DNA from: Bdellovibrionales bacterium
GTDB lineage: Bacteria; Bdellovibrionota; Bdellovibrionia; Bdellovibrionales; JAGQZY01
Direction: 5' to 3'
Length of the DNA: 64,000 nt
Assembly: GCA_964230645.1 (NCBI GenBank)
Contig: CAXRHT010000002.1
Location: 1,248,395 to 1,312,394 of the forward strand
Each line of letters starts with the position of its first letter. The stretch's first letter is position 1. Below the pieces are notes generated by a model that did no database searches, was not told the DNA's origin, and saw nothing but the letters and a program-made list of their open reading frames with translations. This document shows positions 49,601 through 55,280 of the stretch, in pieces. Position numbers and translations under genes: made by a program.

Positions 49601-50373
49601 TCCGCGGTATCGACCTGTTGTCCACCGATGTAGCTGCGAGCATAGCCGACGTTCACAGCGTCGGAATCTGTGGCTGGATTAGGATCCGCGAGATTAACTA
49701 TTTTTTGGTTGTTGTTGTCGACGTCTGCTGTTGGAGCGCCCGCTGTAAAACTCGTGCTTGTTCCATCAAGAAGAGCTTGTAGCTCGTTCCAGTTGCTATC
49801 GCTAAAGACAAACTCAAGATTTGTTTGGTCTAGATTAAATCCAGTCCCACTATTGATTCTTAGAATTTCAGGAGCACTAAGACCACCAATGGTCGAAGCA
49901 CTGGTGGCGTAGGGAACGCTGACAACATTGTGATCTTGAGCCACTGTCACAGGACCTGAACCATCATCAAAGGTCACTCGCAGTTTTCTGCCATCAGTGG
50001 AATCCGCCGTGTAGCTGGGACCCATCACACAATCCGTGGGAGTGACCGTACCGATAGCATTATCGAGAGCGTCGGAAAGGCTGGTCAGGTCTTCGTAAGA
50101 TCCATCACCAGGCTTGGAGCCCTCACCGACTATCAGACTGAAAATTCCATTAGAATTAGTCATGTTAAGAGTGTGAGATTCTTTATAAAGCACACAAAGC
50201 TCTGGCTCTGGGGAAAGAACTTCAATGGTAAATTGTACGGTGCTCGCCTCAAGGGCTTGACCGTTGGGTTTGATGATTTGACCTTGATAGGTAAATTTTG
50301 CAGGCCCTGCGAGAGCTTGAGCGGCTGCGAAAAAGGTCAAAAATAGAATCAATAAATATCTTTTAACGTGCAC
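40630..50373 (-). CDS. Giant secreted fibre protein (3247 aa) built from tail-fibre-like modules
   Basis: GTG start. Sec signal MHVKRYLLILFLTFFAAAQALA|G. 16 copies of G(N)VGIGTxxPxxxLxV, 7 copies of FxxDxDTG(I/M/F)(F/Y), 5 disulfide-loop motifs ICDExxxNCxDxS, and (G)GTMTG / GDSMTG, LTGGGDLSxDRT and ERPxxxxxGMLRYN...W motifs. G/T/S/N/D-rich. All opposite-strand ORFs are shadows. Confidence 0.9.
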   Translation of the reverse strand: MHVKRYLLILFLTFFAAAQALAGPAKFTYQGQIIKPNGQALEASTVQFTIEVLSPEPELCVLYKESHTLNMTNSNGIFSLIVGEGSKPGDGSYEDLTSLSDALDNAIGTVTPTDCVMGPSYTADSTDGRKLRVTFDDGSGPVTVAQDHNVVSVPYATSASTIGGLSAPEILRINSGTGFNLDQTNLEFVFSDSNWNELQALLDGTSTSFTAGAPTADVDNNNQKIVNLADPNPATDSDAVNVGYARSYIGGQQVDTADLGALGAGQNGEVLTWDGTQWNSQVINDVNKLPLGGGTMTGSINMGNQDITNANDISANNNISATNNLSAGQDASIGNNLTVSGGIGVTNGINSAGNINLENESELQLAEATGNGSDYVSLKSPAALAAPVNLILPDNDGDPGQYLQTDGSGVLSWQDVNAGVTQVFGRTGNVIATAGDYDADLITFDNTYGGDVDTATEVQGAIEELSAEKVAKSGDSMTGNLVMDLNGGVTTELRFQDTGTKYVGFQAPNTVNAVSSFVWTLPDDDGGAGQVLQTSGAGVLSWTSVAAESRSVTAGQGLTGGGDLSSDRTFDIGAGNGITVNADDIEVRAGNGISVDGTGVNVDVAGTADKLTSAVAADSLLIRDSEDAGNLKEITRSNFVLSQSEVGTFASNEGFLQNITGTELDTVWSGNGILVRTAPGTYSSITDNSADWDQAFAWGDHAAAGYLTAETQSLDDAYNNGSAITVDSTDVVWNLTGTNNFQVQDNGATSFIVDDNGNVGIGTTAPTSKLQIYSATSSNIALTNTGNNDVKLLVDADRTFSGAGVFSLRANNDGTRIAGIDISTGADPDNDGRISFSTASGGSNTQRMIIREDGNVGIGTSTPTAQLQVTGGVQIGDDVALCDGTKAGTLKYDAGSVSFCDGTTWEAFGTAAGGEVNDGANVGTGEGVFKSKNGLNLEFKSIGSANTKIAVSSDTDNVTLTIDENAFDPTVIPVGTTPLTATTLQAALVELEADKVSDSRAVVSGGGLVGGGDLSTDRTLAVGAGNGINVNADDIEVVGGNAITVDGSGVNVDITNETAEASVAAGDEVLIYDASAGALRKMTRSNFVLSNAEVEAIIADDGYVIDGGNAPTGSLDIGTTNAEDLTFLTNNSTVMTVDSSGNVGIGTSNPSGKLEIVDSDNASTGVGVINLDPGVNAEATIGTASDAGTLALGIASVAGGGDAYVWNLANTDLHFGTNASNRMTIQNSGLVGIGTTTPTSQLQVAGGVQIGNDAALCNGTKEGTLKYVGGAVSFCDGSTWTAFGTAAGGEVNDGANVGTGEGVFKAKNGLNLEFKSVGSANGKIAVSSDADNVILTLDESAFDPTVIPVGTTPLTATTLQAALVELEADKVSDSRSITAGNGLTGGGDLSVDRTLAVQGGDAITVDGTGVNVDITNETAEASVAAGDEILIYDASVGALRKMTRSNFVLSNAEVEAIIADDGYVIDGGNAPAGDLEIGTTNAQNLSLLTNGSTAITVDTSGNVGIGTTNPAAILDVSGTDAIVVPQGTTGERPGTGENGMLRYNTTTSKLEGYESGAWIDLVGSNSPGSVLQDTDGDTRIRLEAGPDDDDIRFDMNGSEVFQMFGYGGASDTNGVELNLRNGSSGNANRINFRHFGGGYYGAIGWNGSLINIDADTGESISFSTDGGSERMRINSVGNLGIGTTTPDEKVEIFRNFTGISDSLKLTNTSAGDSRGSGILFESGGVDSGRLASTRGANSASGDIHFYVRQSSALTELMTLIGSTGNVGIGTTSPASELDVAGIIRAEQICDESGANCQDISTGWSSGSGDFMADGSVAMTGQFDAIDGNQGNPAVSFASDANTGMFLGAADQLAFTTGGNEAVRIDATGQVGIGSQTPAGKLDVAGQLLAGGEKRAPTVNESVVIGDRPSGDNTASLALTPNATSGKGFKIDVLDDGVDNWFAVYDIDNNAHRLVVEDTGHVGINTLNPGVELDVDTGTINAASICDENNTNCIDLSAGISTGYTDGDTLLAGDGTGAAPSISFANDSNTGFFSAAPDNMGVSVNGVQRMTFNQTGIEYNNAGSFRLNSGSSEGFPSYTFNSDEDTGIYRAGADTLGFSVGGSEAMRINSSGFVGIGTNNPSWPLEIVSADTTVVLQSTSNSNYNTIEFQDELGAVAGWVGYGNDAVGVPWARDHLYLESVNSDIAIAANNNHIMEITQTGNVGIGTTAPGSLLDVAGIIRAEQICDETGANCQDISAGWSSGSGDFLADGSVPMTGALEAVYGTSASPGITFDGDEDTGITRSGSDEMALSVGGNGVMALNGSAITLFRPLFSGIWSSSTYSPSSGSLYGPDGGTATFYNTNSLDNSYGGVSLQVTNSGSTNQSAYLGVVAESTGSSPAIVLGQKTGATSYQERFRIDDSGNVGIGTTAPGSLLDVAGSIRAEQICDETGANCQDISAGWSSGSGDFLADGSVPMTGALEADFGSASFPGVAFEGDEDTGIFRPFGDSLGLSAAGTMQMYAHSGGISVLNPLLVSYPGTWGVYAPSSSSNYRPVMVGPHVQNTDNLDSAMAGLSLQARNLASDQQEAYIGAIANSSGRTPDIVIGQQTGATAYDERVRIDSSGNVGIGTTAPARLLHVDGPARITPTTLPGSPAAGDIAVDSADSNKLKFYDGSTWVDTSGGGSGGDFLADGSVPMTDSLLLADGTGASPALTFNSDQDMGFFRFAEDDLGFALNGGQVLRWNTGSFSFFNRIDAGYGAGADLDYSFTGDNDTGIHDPVANSIALTTAGSERLRVTASGNVGIGTGSPSKMLEVSGDFSAAAVEAYGDTGAGVVTSTGGSLDAYNYSYFNLANTVNANQWSINYRNGSTVGADADKLMFNYFDGSTYQDYVTLAPNGRVGIGTTAPAVALDVGTGSINASEICDENNSNCLDLSSGISGGSGDIADGGNSNGAAITIGTNDNYNFNLEANGSTVATARSDGSFLVGSANMINLGGALVRVESNPFDASGDYAHINNEMYKNGDPHSGKIIGIRNLIRGDSPNAQDQQISSYNINSNWATSLNQGIGSYNEMENLAGTVGDYTGVLSEIKVNGGTVTDAYGFRAKNSNSGTLTNAYGLYIDDLSGTNQYGVYQVGASDTNYFAGNVGIGTASPQSALEVNGAIRNSASISNGAAVTTIDFDDGNLQYTSENCQTFDLHNLKDGGTYSFAVQGTTSGTCAFNAYSDAGSTSLTVHLPSGHGATTAGEHTVYTIMVMGTHAYFAWVTAFD
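42991..43776 (-). repeat. Two adjacent 603-bp (201-aa) units whose first 183 bp are near-identical
   Basis: 42991-43173 versus 43594-43776: 13 mismatches by hand count and 60/61 aa identical (GNVGIGTTAPGSLLDVAG(I/S)IRAEQICDETGANCQDISAGWSSGSGDFLADGSVPMTGALEA). The remaining ~140 aa of each unit are far more diverged. Confidence 0.85.
44908..45084 (-). repeat. Third, more diverged copy of the 183-bp cassette
   Basis: Residues 1764-1824: GNVGIGTTSPASELDVAGIIRAEQICDESGANCQDISTGWSSGSGDFMADGSVAMTGQFDA. Confidence 0.8.
45844..47814 (-). repeat. Large internal duplication (period 1125 bp / 375 aa)
   Basis: Residues 854-1150 versus 1229-1510 are collinear. Protein is mostly identical apart from a 15-aa indel, while the DNA carries many synonymous differences. 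A partial third copy lies at 48436-48723 (res 551-646). Confidence 0.85.
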
Positions 50374-50379
50374 AAATAG

Positions 50380-50406
50380 TTATCGGACTAAGTGCTTAAG
50401 AGTTTA
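50380..50406 (-). promoter_or_regulatory. Sigma-28 (FliA)-type promoter of the giant fibre gene
   Basis: Minus strand reads TAAA-N15-TCCGATAA (equivalently TAAACTCT-N11-TCCGATAA). It is followed by CTATTT and then the GTG start codon. Confidence 0.5.
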
Positions 50407-50670
50407 GGATTTTTGTGCATTTACTCGATAATTTATAGGAATTTTTGTGCTTTTTTGTCTCTCCATGAGCCGGAGTCTCAATACTTTCCGCTAGCTGTCT
50501 TTTTATGATACAGACTTTTCAAGGCTGTCAGAAAATAGACAAGCTTAGTAAAATTCTGAAGAGCTGAGGTCGAGGTATATATAGACTAAAGTTAGCTCCC
50601 CCTACATTTGATTCCAGTAGTGAGACAATTCTTGTTTGCTAATCACTGTAATAAATAATAGAAAAAGTCC

Positions 50671-51330
50671 ATGGCATTGACTCTTATTTCAGTTCCTATT
50701 GGAAATCTAGGGGATATCACCCTACGAGCTTTAGAAAGCCTCAAATCGGCTGACCTTTATATTGGTGAGGAACGTAAACCTATGTTTCGCCTATTAAAAG
50801 AATTAGGCGTGGCCACTCCTAAAAACTTTGAACTTCTCAATGAGCATTCCGAAAAAGAAGACATCAAAAGACTGGCGCAACTCTGCAAGAATCAAAATGT
50901 GGTTCTACTCACCGACTGTGGCACGCCTGGCTTTAGTGATCCGGGGGCTGAACTCGTCAGTGAATGTTATAAACAAGAAATTTTAGTGACCGCCAACCCT
51001 GGTGCTTCAGCACTCACAACATTCTTAAGTCTTAGTGGCGTTCGATTAGAAAAATTTAATTACTATGGGTTTTTACCAAGAGAAAAAAACGAAAGGCAAA
51101 AAGCCATCCAGAGCCTTTGCAAAGTCAAAACGCCCACAATTATCATGGACACAGCCTACCGCCTAAAAAAAACTCTCACCCAATTTGATCAGGTGAATTC
51201 AAACTCAGAATTCGTGCTTGGTATGGATTTAACCAAGCCCAGTGAAAAAGTATTGAGTGGGAAAATGAGCCAGATTTTAAGGGATTATGATGGTGAAAAA
51301 AGAGAGTTTTTGTTGTTGATTCTTCCCTAG
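50671..51330 (+). CDS. rsmI: 16S rRNA 2'-O-methyltransferase RsmI-like (tetrapyrrole-methylase fold, short form)
   Basis: LISVPIGNLGDITLRALESLKSADLYIGEERK N-terminus and ...LLTDCGTPGFSDPG. Confidence 0.7.
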   Translation: MALTLISVPIGNLGDITLRALESLKSADLYIGEERKPMFRLLKELGVATPKNFELLNEHSEKEDIKRLAQLCKNQNVVLLTDCGTPGFSDPGAELVSECYKQEILVTANPGASALTTFLSLSGVRLEKFNYYGFLPREKNERQKAIQSLCKVKTPTIIMDTAYRLKKTLTQFDQVNSNSEFVLGMDLTKPSEKVLSGKMSQILRDYDGEKREFLLLILP

Positions 51331-51340
51331 GGAAGCAAAT

Positions 51341-51886
51341 TTAGCTTAAGGAGGCTCTCTGGGTCTCTTGCTTTTCTTGTGTAGGACCTTTTGAAATTAT
51401 TTTACCAGGGATTCCTGCAACTGTGACTCCCTCAGGAGCATTCATCATTACCACAGAATTCGCTCCCACTTTCACATTGTTTTCAAGCGTAATGGGTCCA
51501 AGTATTTTTGCCCCAGCCCCCACCATAACATTGTTTTTTAGGGTTGGATGACGTTTGACTCTATTGTTGCTCACTCCACCGAGAGTCACTCCGTGATAAA
51601 GCACACAGTCGTCTCCAACTTCCGCTGTTTCTCCGACAACAATTCCCGCTCCGTGGTCAATGACGAGGCGACGACCGATTTTTGCACCTGGATGAATTTC
51701 GATCAGGGTAAGGACTCTAGAAATTTCGGATATCAAGCGCGCAATGAAGTAGAGTTTTAATTTATAAAAAAAGTGAGCCATCCGGTGCATAAACATGGCT
51801 TTGGGTCCTGGATAAAGGAGAGCCACTTCGAAAATTGATCGAGCGGCAGGATCATAATTTTTATAGGCTTTTAAAAAATCGATCAT
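51341..51886 (-). CDS. cysE: Serine O-acetyltransferase
   Basis: Hexapeptide-repeat core IHPGAKIGRRLVIDHGAGIVVGETAEVGDDCVLYHGVTLGG. Confidence 0.88.
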   Translation of the reverse strand: MIDFLKAYKNYDPAARSIFEVALLYPGPKAMFMHRMAHFFYKLKLYFIARLISEISRVLTLIEIHPGAKIGRRLVIDHGAGIVVGETAEVGDDCVLYHGVTLGGVSNNRVKRHPTLKNNVMVGAGAKILGPITLENNVKVGANSVVMMNAPEGVTVAGIPGKIISKGPTQEKQETQRASLS

Positions 51887-52851
51887 GAATCAGAGTCTTT
51901 GAAATTGTTTTTATAAAAGTGACGAGTGTATAAGTTATTAAAAGATGTCCAATCACCCTCACCGGAATGATCCTGGCCCATAAACTGAGTGATTGAATCA
52001 ACTTTTGAATCAAAATCGTCGATCATCCAAACCACATAAGCCTCAAGCATCATGGGTACTTTAGGAGATCCGTATTCGAGTTTTCCATGGTGACTTAAAA
52101 TGATGTGTTTTAAAACCATGATCAGATCCTCTGGAAACCCCATTATTTGACTGGCTTTTTTATCTACAAGCTCAGCTGACATCACCAAATGCCCAACAAG
52201 TCTTCCCTGGTCGGTGTAGCGGATGCCTTTTTTGGTCCACTCCAACTCCCAAATCTTTCCAATGTCGTGGAAGATGGCTCCAAAAATTAACAAATCAAAG
52301 TTCAACTGTGGGTACTGCTTCGCCACAAACACCATAATTTTACTGATGGAAAGAATGTGATCAATCAAACCACCCACTTTTACATGATGAATCGATTTCG
52401 CGGCTGGTGATTTCAAAAGCCTTTCTTTAACTTGAGGGTCGTCTAATGTACTTTTGATGAGTTGCTTAATGGGCTCGGATTGAACTTGATTGACGATTTG
52501 AAGGAGTTCTTGCAACACCTCCTCGGGAGACTGACTGATCTCACCGACATAGTCTTCAAAATTTAAGTCCTCATCTTTAATAGGGTCAATACGATGAATG
52601 ATCACCTGCTTTTTGTTCTGAAAAAGTTGAACCTGACCTTTGACAATAACTATATCGCCCGACTCAAAAGTATTTTTCATTCGTTCGATATTGTCCCAAA
52701 TCTTGGCATCAACACTACCACTTTTATCACTAAGATAAAGAGATATATAGGGATTGCCCTTTTTGTCGGTAAGAACTGTCTTATTTTTTGCTAGAAATGT
52801 GGTGTGCAGACTTTGCTTATCTTCCAAGTCTGCAACGAATAACTTCTCCAT
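51883..52851 (-). CDS. OB-fold plus HD-domain 3'-5' exoribonuclease (YhaM-like)
   Basis: N-terminal OB fold (GDIVIVKGQVQLFQNKKQ). HD motifs HH...GGLIDH, FHDIGK and LSHHG. Confidence 0.75.
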   Translation of the reverse strand: MEKLFVADLEDKQSLHTTFLAKNKTVLTDKKGNPYISLYLSDKSGSVDAKIWDNIERMKNTFESGDIVIVKGQVQLFQNKKQVIIHRIDPIKDEDLNFEDYVGEISQSPEEVLQELLQIVNQVQSEPIKQLIKSTLDDPQVKERLLKSPAAKSIHHVKVGGLIDHILSISKIMVFVAKQYPQLNFDLLIFGAIFHDIGKIWELEWTKKGIRYTDQGRLVGHLVMSAELVDKKASQIMGFPEDLIMVLKHIILSHHGKLEYGSPKVPMMLEAYVVWMIDDFDSKVDSITQFMGQDHSGEGDWTSFNNLYTRHFYKNNFKDSDS

Positions 52852-52857
52852 AAACCC

Positions 52858-53520
52858 CTAATTGCCTTTGCATTGAAAACTCGGATAGCGACTATCCGTG
52901 AGGCGAATATAGCCCAAGTAGAGTCGTTCTTCAATAAGCTGAAAGAAGATGTATGTCCCTGCCATTAGATGCAGATAATGGCGACGAGAGGCCGTTAAAT
53001 TGACTCCTGAGCCATAGGTAAACACATCAGCCTTCTCACTGAGGTCAAAAATCTTGCCACAGCCATTGCCCCAGGCATTGCCCTCTTTGACCTCTCCCGG
53101 CGACTCACTCACATAAAGCAAATGAAAATTCTTTTCTTCTTGAAAATCTGGCACCATGCGAAGCTGAAATGGGCCCTTGCCAGAAAGATAATCGAAAAAA
53201 TCAATCTCTCCGCCCCCTTCCACAAAATTGAGGCGATAATTGAGGCCACCTCTCAATACAACGTTGTTTTCGCTATAAAGCTCAACACCCACAGATATGG
53301 GAAGAACAGAAAAATTCTCAAGGATTTTTTTATCAGCCCCATCGGCTTTCATGCCTTCTTTAATCAAGGCCCACACTTTCCGAGGCACCTGGATGTTTTG
53401 GTAATTAAAGGGCATATCGATCACTTTCCAAGAGGACCCCTCCTCTATTTCCTGGGAAAGTGTAGGTGAGGCAACCAAAATGACAATGAAAATAGTGATG
53501 AAAAATCTTATTTTTTTCAC
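52858..53520 (-). CDS. Secreted hypothetical protein
   Basis: Signal peptide MKKIRFFITIFIVILVASPTLSQ. Confidence 0.65.
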   Translation of the reverse strand: MKKIRFFITIFIVILVASPTLSQEIEEGSSWKVIDMPFNYQNIQVPRKVWALIKEGMKADGADKKILENFSVLPISVGVELYSENNVVLRGGLNYRLNFVEGGGEIDFFDYLSGKGPFQLRMVPDFQEEKNFHLLYVSESPGEVKEGNAWGNGCGKIFDLSEKADVFTYGSGVNLTASRRHYLHLMAGTYIFFQLIEERLYLGYIRLTDSRYPSFQCKGN

Positions 53521-53536
53521 TGGTCCTCCTCTAAAA

Positions 53537-55264
53537 CTAAAGCTTTTTTTGCATTTTCAATAAAGGCGCAAAATTGGGGGATTGACCCAGTCCCTCTCTA
53601 ATCGAAGCTCGTGATTCACTTCGGTTGTCTTTGAGCAGCAAACTCGCGTTCCCCCAATGGGAATAAAGAAGGGAGAGATGCTTTGAGTGCTGCCCTTTGA
53701 AAATAGCACGTCCACAGTTCATGTCACCAGCAACCAGACAGCCTCTTAAGATCGTTTCGATCAGAGGCTTCTGTTGATCCATTTGGGAGAGAAAGCCTAA
53801 ACTATTTTTGGCTTGAGACAGCTCTTCGAGTTTCAATAAAGACGAAGCATAAAGAGCTTGCAGAATCCCGTCCTCGTTTTGCTGAGACAAAAGGTCTTCA
53901 AAAATATTCTTTGCTTCAATTGTGCGACGAACTTTTAAAAGGCAAAAACCATTGAGTAGCTTACTATGAAAATCACCAAGTCCGGATGCCAACTTATTGC
54001 ACATGGGAATAAAATCTAGCCAATTGAAGCCCTGAAAGTCTATGAGAGGATCATGTACGTGAAGATTGGTCAGCTCAAAATCAATTTTAAGAAAATTCTT
54101 AACATGTTTGAGTAAATTCTCTGGCTCTGAATCTAATTTTGAATTCGCGATAGCAACAAGAAAGGCCACCTCTTGTTTAAAATCATAGTGCCTCTGCGCG
54201 AATTGATCGGCGACCGATAAAACCTCAGAAAGGATGGCATCATCTTCGTTTTTTAGTCCTAGCTCAAGCAGAGCTCTGATATAAAAAAAGTGTGCGACAG
54301 ATTTTTCTTTGTTTTCGGCAACGACCTGTCTCATTAGGGAAACGGCTTGCTCAGCTTTCTGTACTTTCATAAGAGCATAAGCTTTATTTAATTGAGCTGG
54401 CATGAATTGATTGTCAAAATTCAATGCCTCATCGTAATTTGCCAAAGCTTCGGCAAATTTACCTCGGTAAGAATAAGAGAGTCCAACTATATTGTTGCCA
54501 ATTTTATTAATTGTCTTTTGGCGACTTTTTGCCAACATACTTTCGATATTTGTTTGGACCTGATTGAATTGCCCACCAAACTGGATGGCTAGTGGTGACA
54601 TCTCAATAAGTAGATTCGAGTCATTGGGTGAAATATTGTAGGCCTTGGAAAAGTTTTTAAGAGCTTTCTCATACTCTCCCACCTTAAGGTTTTCCATGCC
54701 TGCATCTGTAAACTGATCGAAGGCTGAAATTTTTTGCTCAATAAGTTTACTCTGCTTGAACTCATAGACTAGATAACCGGCTCCCCCGATCACTAGCAAA
54801 AGAAAGCTAAAGACAAAAACAAGAGGAAAACGCTTTTTCTGACTCTGAGCTGATCTGTGTACCGCCGAATTTGGCGGAATGGGAGCTTCCATGGCCTGCG
54901 GTGGTTGATAAACCCTTGTGGGCTCCATATTATCTTCTTCGCCATGAATATGGGGCGTTTCTGTTGCCGTTTCCTGATCAATGACGGAAACCGTCTGAGT
55001 CGGTGTGTCGGTTTTGGTATGAATATCAAGAGTTGCCGTCATGGTATGCTCACCACGGGCCTGATAAGTACTCGCCTTTAACTTTTCTATGGCTGCGGCA
55101 AATAGAGAATGATCTTTAATTGGGCGCCATCTTTCAAAAGGACCTTTGATTTCATCAAGAAGGTGGATATCACCATTAAATATGTTCTCAACCACACGAT
55201 CAAATTCATAAGGACCAAGAACGCTATCATTTGATTTTACTAACCATTGTTTGTCTGCGTTCAT
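53537..55264 (-). CDS. GYF_2-domain, single-TM, TPR-repeat protein
   Basis: N-terminal WLVKSNDSVLGPYEFDRVVENI (GYF_2-like), a TM segment FPLVFVFSFLLLVIGGAGYLVY, then TPR-like repeats. Confidence 0.7.
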   Translation of the reverse strand: MNADKQWLVKSNDSVLGPYEFDRVVENIFNGDIHLLDEIKGPFERWRPIKDHSLFAAAIEKLKASTYQARGEHTMTATLDIHTKTDTPTQTVSVIDQETATETPHIHGEEDNMEPTRVYQPPQAMEAPIPPNSAVHRSAQSQKKRFPLVFVFSFLLLVIGGAGYLVYEFKQSKLIEQKISAFDQFTDAGMENLKVGEYEKALKNFSKAYNISPNDSNLLIEMSPLAIQFGGQFNQVQTNIESMLAKSRQKTINKIGNNIVGLSYSYRGKFAEALANYDEALNFDNQFMPAQLNKAYALMKVQKAEQAVSLMRQVVAENKEKSVAHFFYIRALLELGLKNEDDAILSEVLSVADQFAQRHYDFKQEVAFLVAIANSKLDSEPENLLKHVKNFLKIDFELTNLHVHDPLIDFQGFNWLDFIPMCNKLASGLGDFHSKLLNGFCLLKVRRTIEAKNIFEDLLSQQNEDGILQALYASSLLKLEELSQAKNSLGFLSQMDQQKPLIETILRGCLVAGDMNCGRAIFKGQHSKHLSLLYSHWGNASLLLKDNRSESRASIREGLGQSPNFAPLLKMQKKL

Positions 55265-55280
55265 ATCCCCACCCTAACCA

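Noticed and set aside
41238-49912. About 15 ORFs of 67-190 aa in other frames or on the plus strand within 40630..50373 (e.g. 46142..46699, 47207..47779, 42938..43201, 43490..43783)
   Set aside because: They are shadow ORFs of the giant minus-strand gene. Their mutual similarity just mirrors the internal repeats of that gene. They have S/P/A-rich low-complexity translations and no RBS.
40630-50373. Diversity-generating retroelement targeting the fibre tip
   Set aside because: There is no reverse transcriptase ORF in the window. I also saw no template-repeat/variable-repeat pair with adenine-specific differences near the 3' end.
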